Part shown: piece after piece, positions 9,988 through 19,914 of the stretch
Layout: each line of letters starts with the position of its first letter
Position numbering within the stretch: position 1 is the first letter of the stretch
DNA from: Candidatus Latescibacterota bacterium
GTDB taxonomy: Bacteria; Latescibacterota; UBA2968; GCA-2709665
Direction: 5' to 3'
NCBI GenBank assembly: GCA_965208835.1
Contig: OZ242358.1
Span: 2,304,001 to 2,368,000 of the forward strand
Length of the DNA: 64,000 nucleotides
Program-made: the position numbers and the translations under genes
The notes under the pieces: model-generated
Told to the model about the DNA's origin: nothing
What the model saw: only the letters and a program-made list of their open reading frames with translations
Databases searched by the model: none

Positions 9988-10971
9988 ATGAATTCGGGTG
10001 CCAATACTCAGGCTGTAATGCTTCTCACGGTCTCGTTTGGCAGATCGGACCGGTCGGAGGCAAAACCGCTCTCGTCGAAAGAATGGGCGCGCTTCGCAAC
10101 CTGGCTAAGAGATCGTGATTTGGAGGCCTCGGATCTGCTGAAGGGTGAATTGAGAAGCCAGCTTGATGGTTGGACGGATCGTTCAATTACGCTGTCCAGA
10201 CTGGAAAGTCTTTTTGAACGCGGAGGAGCGCTTGGCCTGGCGCTCGAGAAATGGCAGCGTGCCGGTCTCTGGATCATTACGCAGGGGGATCCACGATATC
10301 CTGAAAGGTTGAAACACCGGTTTGGGTTGAATTCCCCACCCGTACTCTTCGGCTGCGGGAATGAAATGCTTCTTGCGCGCGGCGGCATTGCCGTAGTTGG
10401 CTCCCGAAATGCCGACCCGGAAGACATTGCTTTTGCAGGGAATCTTGGCGCCGCCGCCGCCCGGCAGGGACATTCGGTCGTTTCGGGTGCAGCTCGCGGT
10501 GTGGACCAGAGCGCCATGTTGAGCGCACTGAAGAACGACGGCACGGCAATCGGCGTTGTGGCGGAGAGCCTGATGCGTGCGGTGACGTCCGTGAATTATC
10601 GCAAGTTTCTTCTCTCACGTGATCTGGCGCTGGTAACACCGTTCAATCCGGAAGCGGGATTCAGCGTCGGAAACGCGATGTCGAGAAACCGGTACATCTA
10701 TTGCCTGGCTGACGCCGCGATCGTGGTAAGCAGTACAGCGAATCGTGGAGGCACGTGGAACGGCGCACTGCAAAACCTGGATGCCGCGTGGGTACCCCTG
10801 TGGGTCAAATGTCCTGCAAGAAGAGATTCGGGCAATGCGAGGCTTGTCGAGAGGGGTGCGCGCTGGATTCCCGACGATCTGGAGTCACTGCAGTCCTTGA
10901 CGACATCCGGACCGGAAAAGGCGTTGCGGCTCGAACTACCGCTCTCACGTCGGAGACAGGACAATCTATAG
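9988..10971 (+). CDS. DprA/Smf-like protein (RqlI-like)
   Basis: YPERL, PPVLF, IAVVGSR, VSGAARGVDQ, AMSRNRYIY, GGTWNG; starts 1 nt after helicase stop. Confidence 0.85.
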   Translation: MNSGANTQAVMLLTVSFGRSDRSEAKPLSSKEWARFATWLRDRDLEASDLLKGELRSQLDGWTDRSITLSRLESLFERGGALGLALEKWQRAGLWIITQGDPRYPERLKHRFGLNSPPVLFGCGNEMLLARGGIAVVGSRNADPEDIAFAGNLGAAAARQGHSVVSGAARGVDQSAMLSALKNDGTAIGVVAESLMRAVTSVNYRKFLLSRDLALVTPFNPEAGFSVGNAMSRNRYIYCLADAAIVVSSTANRGGTWNGALQNLDAAWVPLWVKCPARRDSGNARLVERGARWIPDDLESLQSLTTSGPEKALRLELPLSRRRQDNL

Positions 10972-11015
10972 TACACGAAACAAATCCAATCGTCTCCCGT
11001 GTTCTCAGATCATCA

Positions 11016-12272
11016 TTACTCCCCCGTGTATCCCTTTGACGCCCAGACCTTTTTGGCCAGCTCTTTGGCTTCATCTGACGGTTCGATGTCGCCCAGGATG
11101 CTGGAGGGCGGCTGTCCGTCTTTCTTGCGCGCGGGGTCGGGCGACCAGTCGTCGTTTTCGTATTGCTTGCGCACGGATTCGTCGCGGAAATCGGGCACTT
11201 CCATAGAATCCGAATCGTTCAGCGCCGAGCGCCACGCCTGGATGCCCGCGATGCTCATGTCGAGACCGCGGTAGACGTCGAGATACGGCTGTTCTCCCTT
11301 GCGGATCGCCTCGGCAAAGTGCCAGGTCGTAAAGAAGTCCCCGCCGCCGTGGCCGGTGCGGGTCGCCCGGTTGTGATGGACGGGGAAGTCGGGCTTGTAG
11401 ACCGTTTCGACCGGATCACCCTTGCGCTTTTCCCATGGTTCGTACCAGACGCGCAGCCGCTGTTTGTCGCCGTGGCGGCAGTTTTCCATCACGCCCCTGT
11501 TGCCGTGGATGCGTACGTAGTTGCCGTGACCGCGCAGCCCCCCGTGCAGGGATTTCAGAACCGCATCGTTGTCCATCCTGCAGATGATCACCGCGGCCGT
11601 GTCCGAACGCCTCATGTTAAGCGTCTGGGAGGGGTCGCCGAAGTCATAGGGGATGACAAAGCCGTTCACTCTGGTCGGCCTGGTGTCAGTGATATACATC
11701 ACCGGTGCGATGGAGTGGGTGCAGTAGTACGTGGCCGGCACCCAGTTGCGCCAGTGGTCTCGCCCGCAGCTGCGCCCCAGCTTGATCTCGGGCGGGTCCG
11801 GGTGGACGTATTCGCCCTCTCCGTATTTGAACTCACCAACGCGCCCTTTTTGATAGAGCCGTCTCATCTCCTGGTTGAAGACCATGTAGGGGTAATTCTC
11901 GGCGAACATGTAGGCCCTGCGGCTTTTTTCGACGGCTCGCGCAAGAGCCACGCCTTCGCCCAGCGTGTGACATGCCGAGGTCTCGCTCATGACGTGCATT
12001 CCGGCGTTGAGCGCCCTGATGGCAAACGGCGCGTGCTCGTGAAAGTAGTTTGCCAGCACAACCGCGTCCATGTCGCATCCCAGGAATTCGTCGTAATCGA
12101 CAAATGTCCGCACGTTCAGCGCTTCGCCCTCCGCGATGAGCCGCTCTTCCCAGGTGTCGCAGATTGCGACAAGCTCCATGCCGGTCGCTCCTGCCGCCCG
12201 CGCAAAGGAGCGTCCCCGGCCGACGCCGACCACGCCGACCCGTATACGCTGTTTGCTCTTTCTTCTGGCCAT
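11016..12272 (-). CDS. Gfo/Idh/MocA family oxidoreductase
   Basis: RVGVVGVGRG, HVMSE, AENY, GHGGGDF. Confidence 0.88.
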   Translation of the reverse strand: MARRKSKQRIRVGVVGVGRGRSFARAAGATGMELVAICDTWEERLIAEGEALNVRTFVDYDEFLGCDMDAVVLANYFHEHAPFAIRALNAGMHVMSETSACHTLGEGVALARAVEKSRRAYMFAENYPYMVFNQEMRRLYQKGRVGEFKYGEGEYVHPDPPEIKLGRSCGRDHWRNWVPATYYCTHSIAPVMYITDTRPTRVNGFVIPYDFGDPSQTLNMRRSDTAAVIICRMDNDAVLKSLHGGLRGHGNYVRIHGNRGVMENCRHGDKQRLRVWYEPWEKRKGDPVETVYKPDFPVHHNRATRTGHGGGDFFTTWHFAEAIRKGEQPYLDVYRGLDMSIAGIQAWRSALNDSDSMEVPDFRDESVRKQYENDDWSPDPARKKDGQPPSSILGDIEPSDEAKELAKKVWASKGYTGE

Positions 12273-12522
12273 ATGTAAATTCCCCGACGTTGCAGTTTCG
12301 TGGGCGAATTCGAGAATTTCGAATTCAACATCCGGTCTACGAAAAGATAGTACTGATCTTCGCACTTCATACTGATTTTTCGACCGCGCAGTACCTGTCG
12401 AAAACTCACATTTCTTGTTACAATAGTTACGAGCGGGCGGCCTGAACTGATTCGTCACTCTTCAAGGCCGGTATCTTACGTCGAATCGAACGACTCATAG
12501 CCAGGCCGGAGAACATATCGAC

Positions 12523-13341
12523 ATGGAATCCGAGACGGAAGAAAGAATAGGACTGACGCCGGCTCAACGTTATTTCTTCGACGTCAACGGCTACGTCCTG
12601 CTCAAGGATGTTTTCAGTCCGGCGGATTGCAGGCGACTGATCGATCTCGCGGACCGGATGGACGCTGACGACGGATGCGCGTACAAGCACGACGGGTATC
12701 CGAAGACGCCGGTGCTGACGATTCTCTCCCGGTGCGCGTGGTATGATCTGCAGTTGCTCGAAACGGCGATGCACCCCGTGCTGTTGCCGATCATGCAGGA
12801 CGTGGTCGGGGGTGACGTGCGCCTCGAGGAGCATCAGTATCTCATCAACTATCCAGTTGAGCCGGAATGTGATACGGCGTTCAATGACTCCCGTGTGGCA
12901 GATGAAGGGTGGCACCGGGGCATCGCGCCGAACTTCGGGAGCTTCGAAGCGGGCGGGCACTACCACTGTATGTTCAGCAAAGCCTTCATCTACCTCACCG
13001 ACAATGGTCCGGGCGAAGGCACCTGGGTCGTGCCGGGAAGCCACCGCATGGACATGCCCATGGCGGCGCTGCGCGAAATTATGGACGAGACCCTGGCGCG
13101 GCAACTCGAGTCCCGGGCCGGAGACGTGCTCATCCTGAGTGAAACGCTGATCCACGCGGGTCCCAGATTGGTGGCTGGCGCACGGCCTCGCTATTCGCTG
13201 GTCTACGGGTACACGGCGCCGTTCATGCAGACTTGGAATCGCTACGACCCGCCGACCGACCTGCTGGAACGGGTGACTCCGGAACAACGCAGCCTTCTTA
13301 CGGGTGAACTCCGTTACGCATTCCGCCGTGGGCAATTCTAA
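12523..13341 (+). CDS. PhyH-family Fe(II)/2-oxoglutarate enzyme with HxG instead of HxD
   Basis: FDVNGYVLL, WHRG, YLTD, GTWVVPGSH, AGDVLI, LIHAG. Confidence 0.85.
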   Translation: MESETEERIGLTPAQRYFFDVNGYVLLKDVFSPADCRRLIDLADRMDADDGCAYKHDGYPKTPVLTILSRCAWYDLQLLETAMHPVLLPIMQDVVGGDVRLEEHQYLINYPVEPECDTAFNDSRVADEGWHRGIAPNFGSFEAGGHYHCMFSKAFIYLTDNGPGEGTWVVPGSHRMDMPMAALREIMDETLARQLESRAGDVLILSETLIHAGPRLVAGARPRYSLVYGYTAPFMQTWNRYDPPTDLLERVTPEQRSLLTGELRYAFRRGQF

Positions 13342-13527
13342 GAAGTTGTTTTAAAAATCCCGGTGAGTCCCGAGCGCGAACGAAAATGTGTCGGTCAAGG
13401 CGGGCAAAGGCGCCTAAGAGAGGCGAGCAAGCGCAGCCTCGACCTTTCGATACGGGTGCTTTTGACCAACGCAGACCGACGCTTTTGCAGCCGCGCGAAG
13501 ACCGCTGGACGTTTTAAGACAGCTTCC
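13341..13527 (+). mobile_element. MITE-like element copy A
   Basis: Ends AGAAGTTGTTTTAAAA / TTTTAAGACAGCTTCC; interior shared with copies at 26616, 46940, 57323. Confidence 0.8.
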
Positions 13528-13595
13528 AGGGATCGGGGGGAGTCCCAACGCGGCCTCGTCGCCACACGATTCAACAGACAACAGCCGGACGATCG

Positions 13596-13835
13596 GCGTC
13601 GACCGGCCCCACCCATGCCGTTGCGCGCCAGATCGCGATTGCGCACTTTCTCTACAATCTGGTGGGTGTCGTCGTCATCTACGCCATCCCCGGGCTGCGG
13701 GATGTTCCCATCGTGGGCGCCGAGTGGCTTTCGCGCCTCGGCAGCGCACGGAAATGGCTGGCCATAATGTATATTCTCTTTGCATTCTTCGGCATCCCGG
13801 CGGCGCTCGTGTTTGCTAACGCATGGCTGTCCTGA
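13596..13835 (+). pseudogene. C-terminal remnant of an NptA/SLC34-type Na+/phosphate cotransporter
   Basis: ASTGPTHAVARQIAIAHFLYNLVGVVVIYAIPGLRDVPIVGAEWLSRLGSARKWLAIMYILFAFFGIPAALVFANAWLS* with no start; resembles the QIALxHxxFN C-terminus of NptA. Confidence 0.7.
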
Positions 13836-13885
13836 GTGCAGCAAGCAACGTCCTGTCAATCGTCTCGAATTCAGGATCCTGTCCT

Positions 13886-14911
13886 ATGCCATTTGGTGTC
13901 GCAGTGCTGGGTACCGGCCGCATCGGCGGCAGTTACATCGATGTCGTGAAGAAAACGCCCGGCGCGGACATGAAGGTTGTCGCGGAGCCCGGAGAGGATG
14001 CCGCCGCGCGTTGGCGGAGCCGGCACCCCGACGTCGAATTTGTGGATGACTACCGGAAAGTGCTGGAACGCGACGACGTCGACGTGGTCATCGGGACCCT
14101 TCCGCACTGGCTCCACTACCAGGCGGCGCTCGATGCCGCGGCCGCGGGAAAACACATCTATATGGAAAAACCGCTCGCGGCCTGGGCGTGGCAGGCGGAG
14201 GAGATGCTGGTCGCGGCCCGTGAGAACGGCGTCAAGCTCATGACGGCGCACACGCAACGCTACTTTCCTGCCGTCGCGGCGATGAAGGAAATCGTGGACC
14301 GCGGCGACCTGGGGTCCGTGATCATGGCCTACGACATGTGGCACAAGCCGTACGGTCCCTACAATCGGCCCGAGTGGATGCTGGACCGCGAGCGTGGCGG
14401 CGGCATGGGCCAGATGGACGGCACCCACCAGATCGACAGGTTGCTCTGGATTATCGGGAACGACGTCGCGACCGTTTCGGCACAGCAGGGGCAGTTCACG
14501 TTTCCGAAGTCCGAACATCCGGCCATTGACTGCGACGATACCGGCGTGTATTTTATCCGATGGAAGAGCGGGATTGTCGCCGCTGTCAGCCGCATTGCGT
14601 GGGCGCGCGGGGCAACGGAATACGGCGGCGACTGGTTCTTCACCCGTGGCATGGCGCGCTTCCGTCTGCCCTACGGCGGGGGCGATCCGCCGGCTCTGTT
14701 CATCGCTGACACGGCCGACGGGACATGGCGGCGCGAATCCGTGCCCGTTCGAGACAGCCTGGTGGACGAATTCACCGATTTCATCGAGTCTCTCGAACGG
14801 GGTGACGACGATACGCCGATACCGCAGGTTCACGGCCTGAACGTACTCAAGGTACTCGAAGCGACCGAAGCATCTGCACGCGCCGGCCGCGAAGTTGACC
14901 TTGATTCGTAA
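13886..14911 (+). CDS. Gfo/Idh/MocA family oxidoreductase
   Basis: VAVLGTGRIG, AGKHIYMEKP, GGMGQMDGTH. Confidence 0.88.
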   Translation: MPFGVAVLGTGRIGGSYIDVVKKTPGADMKVVAEPGEDAAARWRSRHPDVEFVDDYRKVLERDDVDVVIGTLPHWLHYQAALDAAAAGKHIYMEKPLAAWAWQAEEMLVAARENGVKLMTAHTQRYFPAVAAMKEIVDRGDLGSVIMAYDMWHKPYGPYNRPEWMLDRERGGGMGQMDGTHQIDRLLWIIGNDVATVSAQQGQFTFPKSEHPAIDCDDTGVYFIRWKSGIVAAVSRIAWARGATEYGGDWFFTRGMARFRLPYGGGDPPALFIADTADGTWRRESVPVRDSLVDEFTDFIESLERGDDDTPIPQVHGLNVLKVLEATEASARAGREVDLDS

Positions 14912-15123
14912 GTCTTCGGGTACGTAAAATCGAATATGTGCTTGTAAATAAAGGCGATTAGACGGCGGATTACCAGGATACACCAGGTCACTGGACGTGA
15001 AGGAAGAAACGTCCTTCTATACGTCGATAACGCCCTGTTTCGGAGGGTTTTATCGCGTCGCCGCGTTGCTGTTTTTTTCGGATTGAGGTTGAGTTGAGTC
15101 TCAAATGAAAACCGGAGGGCAGG

Positions 15124-15858
15124 ATGAAAGAAACCCGCACGTTCTTTGAGGAAAACGGCTACTACCTGGCCAAAGGCGTCTTTTCGCCCGATGAAGTCGG
15201 CCGTCTTGAGAATGAATTCGATCGCATTGTCCGCCAGCTCGGCAAAGACGCCGAGGGCGCTTCGAACGACAACGGTGTCTTTGGCACACGCAACGTGCAG
15301 CAGTATTCGGGATTGTGGATGGCGGCCCTGCTTCACGAGAAGTTCCTCGACATTGTCGAACAGTTCATCGGCCCGGACATCGTACTCAACCATTCCACGC
15401 TCTTCGAGAAACGGATGACAACCGGAACGACACCGTTCCATATGCACCAGGACTGGAGCTATCTGCCAACCGAAAAGAACACCATGATTGCGGGAATGAT
15501 CCATATCAGCGAAGCCACGGAAGAAATGGGCTGCCTCAGAGTCTATCCGGGTTCGCACAGACACGGCAGGGTGGAAGGCTCTACCGCCACGAATGCCGAG
15601 TTCCACGAGCGGTTCCCGTTTGAAGGATCCACGGCGATTGAAGCACGTCCGGGAGACGTCACCTTTTTCGATTACTTCATTGTGCACGGTTCGCCGTCCA
15701 ACCGCTCTGAAATACCGAGGAAGGTTGTGATCGCGCGGATGTTATCCGGTAAAGATCGCAAGGAGGACATCCACCAGTTCAGCGAGAATCTGGTGTTGCG
15801 TGGATGGAACTACCACACGACCGCCGAAACGGCCAGGAAAACCGTCGCCAGGGCCTGA
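15124..15858 (+). CDS. PhyH-family dioxygenase
   Basis: FEENGY, HQD, GCLRVYPGSH, PGDV, VHGS. Confidence 0.88.
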   Translation: MKETRTFFEENGYYLAKGVFSPDEVGRLENEFDRIVRQLGKDAEGASNDNGVFGTRNVQQYSGLWMAALLHEKFLDIVEQFIGPDIVLNHSTLFEKRMTTGTTPFHMHQDWSYLPTEKNTMIAGMIHISEATEEMGCLRVYPGSHRHGRVEGSTATNAEFHERFPFEGSTAIEARPGDVTFFDYFIVHGSPSNRSEIPRKVVIARMLSGKDRKEDIHQFSENLVLRGWNYHTTAETARKTVARA

Positions 15859-15982
15859 GAGTGAATCGAACGACGTGTGCGTGGACGAGCGCGCCTGGGC
15901 GGACTGCTTGACGCGACCCTTTCCCGTCGATGTCATTTCAGAACAGCTTGCTGATTCATTGGATGAAATATTAATTTTCTAA

Positions 15983-16011
15983 TTGACGAGGTGGTCGCGA
16001 TTCCATATATT
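15983..16011 (+). promoter_or_regulatory. sigma70-type promoter
   Basis: TTGACG-N17-TATATT in AT-rich context. Confidence 0.6.
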
Positions 16012-16068
16012 AAATTATTAGTAGATATGGTGAGGAGGAAGGGATGCTTCGCCAGACGGGCTGACCAA

Positions 16069-16400
16069 CCCTTCGACAATCCTTCGGCAGGCTCAGGACA
16101 ACGGCTCAGGGAGAGGCCAGGGAGACCGGCACGAATCCAGCCGAAGAACGAACCGTTATGCTGCATTTCATTTCTGACCGAATGCCTGACGCTTGGGAAT
16201 GACCCCATGCTGCAGTAGATCCTTCGTCGGCCCCGGGGGGCCTCCTCTGGATGACAGCGGGACCCAGCTCGCTTGACTATCGGCCAACATGTCACTCTGA
16301 GCGCGCATGCCTCCTCAGCATAACAGCCCAGACGAACACTTGAAGGATATATTTCACCAGTGGTTTTTGATATTCATGCCATTCTGAGCGCAGTGGAGTC
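16069..16400. repeat. Cluster of REP-like palindromic repeats, one nested
   Basis: CCCTTCGACAA-TCCTTCGGCAGGCTCAG-GACAA-CGGCTCAGG; AGATCCTTCG...GGATGAC; TGTCACTCTGAGCG and GCCATTCTGAGCG half-sites. Confidence 0.6.
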
Positions 16401-16440
16401 GCGCCAGCCATAGCGTAAGCCTCACATTAGGAGGTGTAAA

Positions 16441-17976
16441 ATGAAGACCGTTAACCTCACCCTATTCGCGCTGCTCCTGCCTGGGACGACAATGGCGAAA
16501 GCGACGCTGACGTTGGACGGCGCTTCCACCGACAGTACGATTACCATCAACTACGTCGTCCCTGAGTCATCGCACGTACAGGTGAGGATCGGATCAACCG
16601 GGGGCATACTCGCAGCACCCCAATACGGATTCCAGGCGCAGGGGGACTACACGATCGTACAGGATAAATCGGGATTTCCCAGGGGCGATTACCTTGTACA
16701 GCTGATATTGGATCGTGATCGCGACAGGGTCAGCCGGCGGAGCTTCCTTCATAGTCCTTCAGGGAGGCCGATCGCACGGTCCAGGCCAGCGCTCAACCTC
16801 TATAATCAATCTTTTATCAGCACCATGTTCGACCCGAATAAGTCGGTAAAACTGTGGAACGAACTTCTGACCCGGTTTCCCGACTACGCGGACAGGGGTA
16901 CAGCGCATCTATATTCAATCCCGGCCAGAATGTCGGCGACAGACAGTATCGACGTCCACGCTGCCGCGGACAGCGCCGCAGCGTTGTACCCGTATCCCGG
17001 GACATATCTGACCATCGGCCGTTTCCTGAGCGGGCTGGAAGTACCGGCCAGCGTAAAGGTGAGGTACCCGGAATCTGCGTTAAAATTCGCTGAAAGGGCC
17101 GTAAAGCACATAGGCGATGTACCGGAGCCCTACCGCAACGAGGCGCTCTATGGCTGCCTGCATCTCAGGGCTTACTGCCTGCAGCTCCTCGACAGGTTCG
17201 ATGAGGCCGAAACGGCTTACAGCGAAGCCATCAAGACGCTCATGTCGTTGGAGGGTATGGGTTCTTATACGGATTTCCTGCAGGGCGTCTGGGCGTACCA
17301 GGGTCTTGCATCGCTTAACGAACAGCAAGGCAGGTACAAAGACGCGATTGAACTTTACGAGAAGGCCGTCAGGGCAAAACCGAGGGATCCCGAACTCTGG
17401 ATGGCCTTGCAGCGCAATTTCAACCTCGCTCATGGGTCCGACACCGGCTATGAGGCATACAGCAGGAAACTGGAGGCCGAGATACCTGGTGGCGCGCCTG
17501 AACACCAGGACGACTTGGTCGGGAAACCGCTTCCTGGATTTGTGCTGACGCAATTGGGAGGGGGCACATTGACCCTGGAACAGGTCATGGGAAACGTGAG
17601 TGTTCTGAACTTCTGGGCGTTCTGGTGCGGGCCCTGCATGGCGGAGTTGCCCGTTATTGCCCGACTCGCGAGAGAAACTTCGGGGAGTGGAGTGAAGGTG
17701 ATCGCCGTTCACACCCCTCTTGAATCCGTTCCAGGCATTTCGAAAGACCAGGTCCCAAAGCTCGTTCGAAATACCGCAAGCAAGTACGGGGGCACGTTCG
17801 AAGTCGTATGGGACAGTAAGGAACAGAGTCTCTATGTGCAGACCGGGACAAAATCCCTGCCCGTAACGATCGTCGCGGACAAAGAGGGGATTGTCCGATA
17901 TAGGATGGTCGGCTTCGATCCGGAGAACGCATACCGGAAATTAAAGGCCGTCGTGGACAGTCTCAATGCCCTTTAG
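16441..17976 (+). CDS. Exported TPR + TlpA/redoxin domain protein
   Basis: Signal-like N-terminus, TPR helices, LNFWAFWCGPC thioredoxin motif; AGGAGG RBS. Confidence 0.82.
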   Translation: MKTVNLTLFALLLPGTTMAKATLTLDGASTDSTITINYVVPESSHVQVRIGSTGGILAAPQYGFQAQGDYTIVQDKSGFPRGDYLVQLILDRDRDRVSRRSFLHSPSGRPIARSRPALNLYNQSFISTMFDPNKSVKLWNELLTRFPDYADRGTAHLYSIPARMSATDSIDVHAAADSAAALYPYPGTYLTIGRFLSGLEVPASVKVRYPESALKFAERAVKHIGDVPEPYRNEALYGCLHLRAYCLQLLDRFDEAETAYSEAIKTLMSLEGMGSYTDFLQGVWAYQGLASLNEQQGRYKDAIELYEKAVRAKPRDPELWMALQRNFNLAHGSDTGYEAYSRKLEAEIPGGAPEHQDDLVGKPLPGFVLTQLGGGTLTLEQVMGNVSVLNFWAFWCGPCMAELPVIARLARETSGSGVKVIAVHTPLESVPGISKDQVPKLVRNTASKYGGTFEVVWDSKEQSLYVQTGTKSLPVTIVADKEGIVRYRMVGFDPENAYRKLKAVVDSLNAL

Positions 17977-18058
17977 GCGATGCCTCGATAGGCCGCGTCA
18001 CGGTCGGCTGCAATCGCGGTGATTCGATCATCACCACACCCGCGCGATGGACTGCATG

Positions 18059-18082
18059 GCCAGGTTTCAAACCTGCCCCTGC
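18059..18082. repeat. GTAG-type REP palindrome, degenerate copy
   Basis: CAGGTTTCAAACCTGCCCCT, matches 28536-28561. Confidence 0.6.
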
Positions 18083-18297
18083 CGTTTGTCCGTGACGTAA
18101 CGTATTGGTGCGGAACCGATTTTCCCGGCAGGCGTTAAATCCAATGTGGACCGATCTGAAGACCGATTAGTCGCCAACAGGCCTGTATTCTCGCCAACCG
18201 TCCGAAGGCGATCGAGACGCGGTTTCGTTGCCCGATCCGACTGTCGCAATTTGCGACACCCGGGGGTCTCCGAGAAACATCAAGGAAAAACGCGCCA

Positions 18298-18672
18298 CTG
18301 AGAACAATTCCCAGGATTATTTGTCTATGGCTACCCTTTACCGCATTTACAGCGGCCGGAATCGGGGCGGAGACCGCCTCCCCGCTGCTGCAGGCCATAC
18401 GAGAGGAATTGAACCGCTCCGTTGACCTGCTCAAACGGCAGCCGGTCCCGCCCCATTTTCTGAGTTATGAGATCACGGAAACGCATGTCGGAAATACCGT
18501 CCCCATACGGTCCGAGGATACCTCCTCGCCATTTTCCGGGGGGTTGTGGACGTCTGGTTCTCGTCGGTATCGTCCCCCCCGGATGATTCTGTTCGAGGAC
18601 ATCACGCTGAAGTCGCCCACCGGCGAGGTCGCCAAACCGCCGGTTTCCCTGCATCCCTTCTTCGGTGGATGA
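18298..18672 (+). pseudogene. Internally deleted TldD/PmbA-related peptidase locus
   Basis: Signal peptide + SPLLQAIREELNRS..PPHFLSYEITE joined directly to ILFEDITLKSPTGEVAKPPVSLHPFF*. Confidence 0.6.
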
Positions 18673-18715
18673 GTACAGGCCGTTCCGCGAACGGGCGCCA
18701 TCTTGCAATATTGGT

Positions 18716-19720
18716 TCAGACGCCGGTGAACGCTTTGGCCTTGTCCTCCGTTCTGGACGGCCGCGTCTGGCGTTTGCCACGCAACTCGCCCCACAGGGCG
18801 ATCGCGATACCTGTAAGGATGATGCCGCCGCCAATGAGCTGCGCGGGCATGGGCACCTCGCCCAGGATGAGACCGGCGAAGAGCACGCCGGCCACCGGCG
18901 AGAAGGACGACGCGGTGGCGATGTCGGCGGGACCCACGCGTTTGATGCCGGCAAACCACGCCAGCTGCCCGCAGGCGACCACGATCCCGCCGTAGAGGAC
19001 CATCCAGCCCCACAGCACCGGCGAGAAGATGTCGGCGAAGTGCTCGATGCCGAACAGGTAGAGCCCGATTGCGAGGAAGAAGATTGCGCCCAGCAGGTTG
19101 CGGTAGACGCTGAAGATGCCCAGGGGGATCGTCTGAAGCTGCTTTCGACCGATTTCCGCGCCGCACACCAGCAGTACGGTCGCAGCCGCCGCAAAGACCT
19201 CACCGCTGCCCGCGCCGCCCCGCATCCGCGCCGCCGCCATGCTTTCCGGCGACGCGTCCATCTGCAGCACAAGCGTTGTCGCCACGCCCCCGACGGCGCA
19301 CAATGCGCCGAATACGGCCGTTCCGCTCGATTTCTCCCGATAGAACAGCCAGGCCAGCAAAAGGACAAGCGGGATTTCTATCGTCTCGATCAGGACGATA
19401 TTGGTGACCGAGGTGCGCGCGATGGCCGTAAACATCAGGGCAGGCGCGACCGCACCCGATGTAAGGGCCAGCACGGTTTGTACCAGCCACTGGCGGCGCG
19501 ACAGCCTGCGCAGGCGGGCGGGGCGCCATTCCCGGTGATTGAGGCCGAACAGGGTCAGCGCCGCCACGAGATTGCCCGCGAAGAGCAGATTGCAGAATGA
19601 AATCGGATTACGGCCGTCGATCAGATGCGCCTGTCCGATATCCACCAGCCGCGCCACCACCGACGCGGCGGCGGCGAAGATCAATATCGCTATCCACAGA
19701 TAGATTCGTCCCAGGGTCAT
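18716..19720 (-). CDS. DMT/EamA family transporter
   Basis: About 10 TM helices in two EamA-like repeats; GGAGG RBS. Confidence 0.85.
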   Translation of the reverse strand: MTLGRIYLWIAILIFAAAASVVARLVDIGQAHLIDGRNPISFCNLLFAGNLVAALTLFGLNHREWRPARLRRLSRRQWLVQTVLALTSGAVAPALMFTAIARTSVTNIVLIETIEIPLVLLLAWLFYREKSSGTAVFGALCAVGGVATTLVLQMDASPESMAAARMRGGAGSGEVFAAAATVLLVCGAEIGRKQLQTIPLGIFSVYRNLLGAIFFLAIGLYLFGIEHFADIFSPVLWGWMVLYGGIVVACGQLAWFAGIKRVGPADIATASSFSPVAGVLFAGLILGEVPMPAQLIGGGIILTGIAIALWGELRGKRQTRPSRTEDKAKAFTGV

Positions 19721-19914
19721 CGGGCCTCCAGACTGTTCGGGTCGAACGCCTCTCCCGTCGCGCGCACGATCACGATCGCATCGGGTGCGCGCAACACACG
19801 TATGTTCCGGTGTTTTCTCCCGCTTGACGCAGGTCAATCCGGGCTCTTTATTGTACCCAATACCGTGTTTCCACGCAATCGGGTAATCTCCAGAACAAAG
19901 ATAAGAGGATGCCA

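Noticed and set aside
13363-13767. ORFs sharing [10 protein letters not shown]-like peptides (also 26436-26699 and the 26702 N-terminal extension)
   Set aside because: Translations of the MITE, not a protein family
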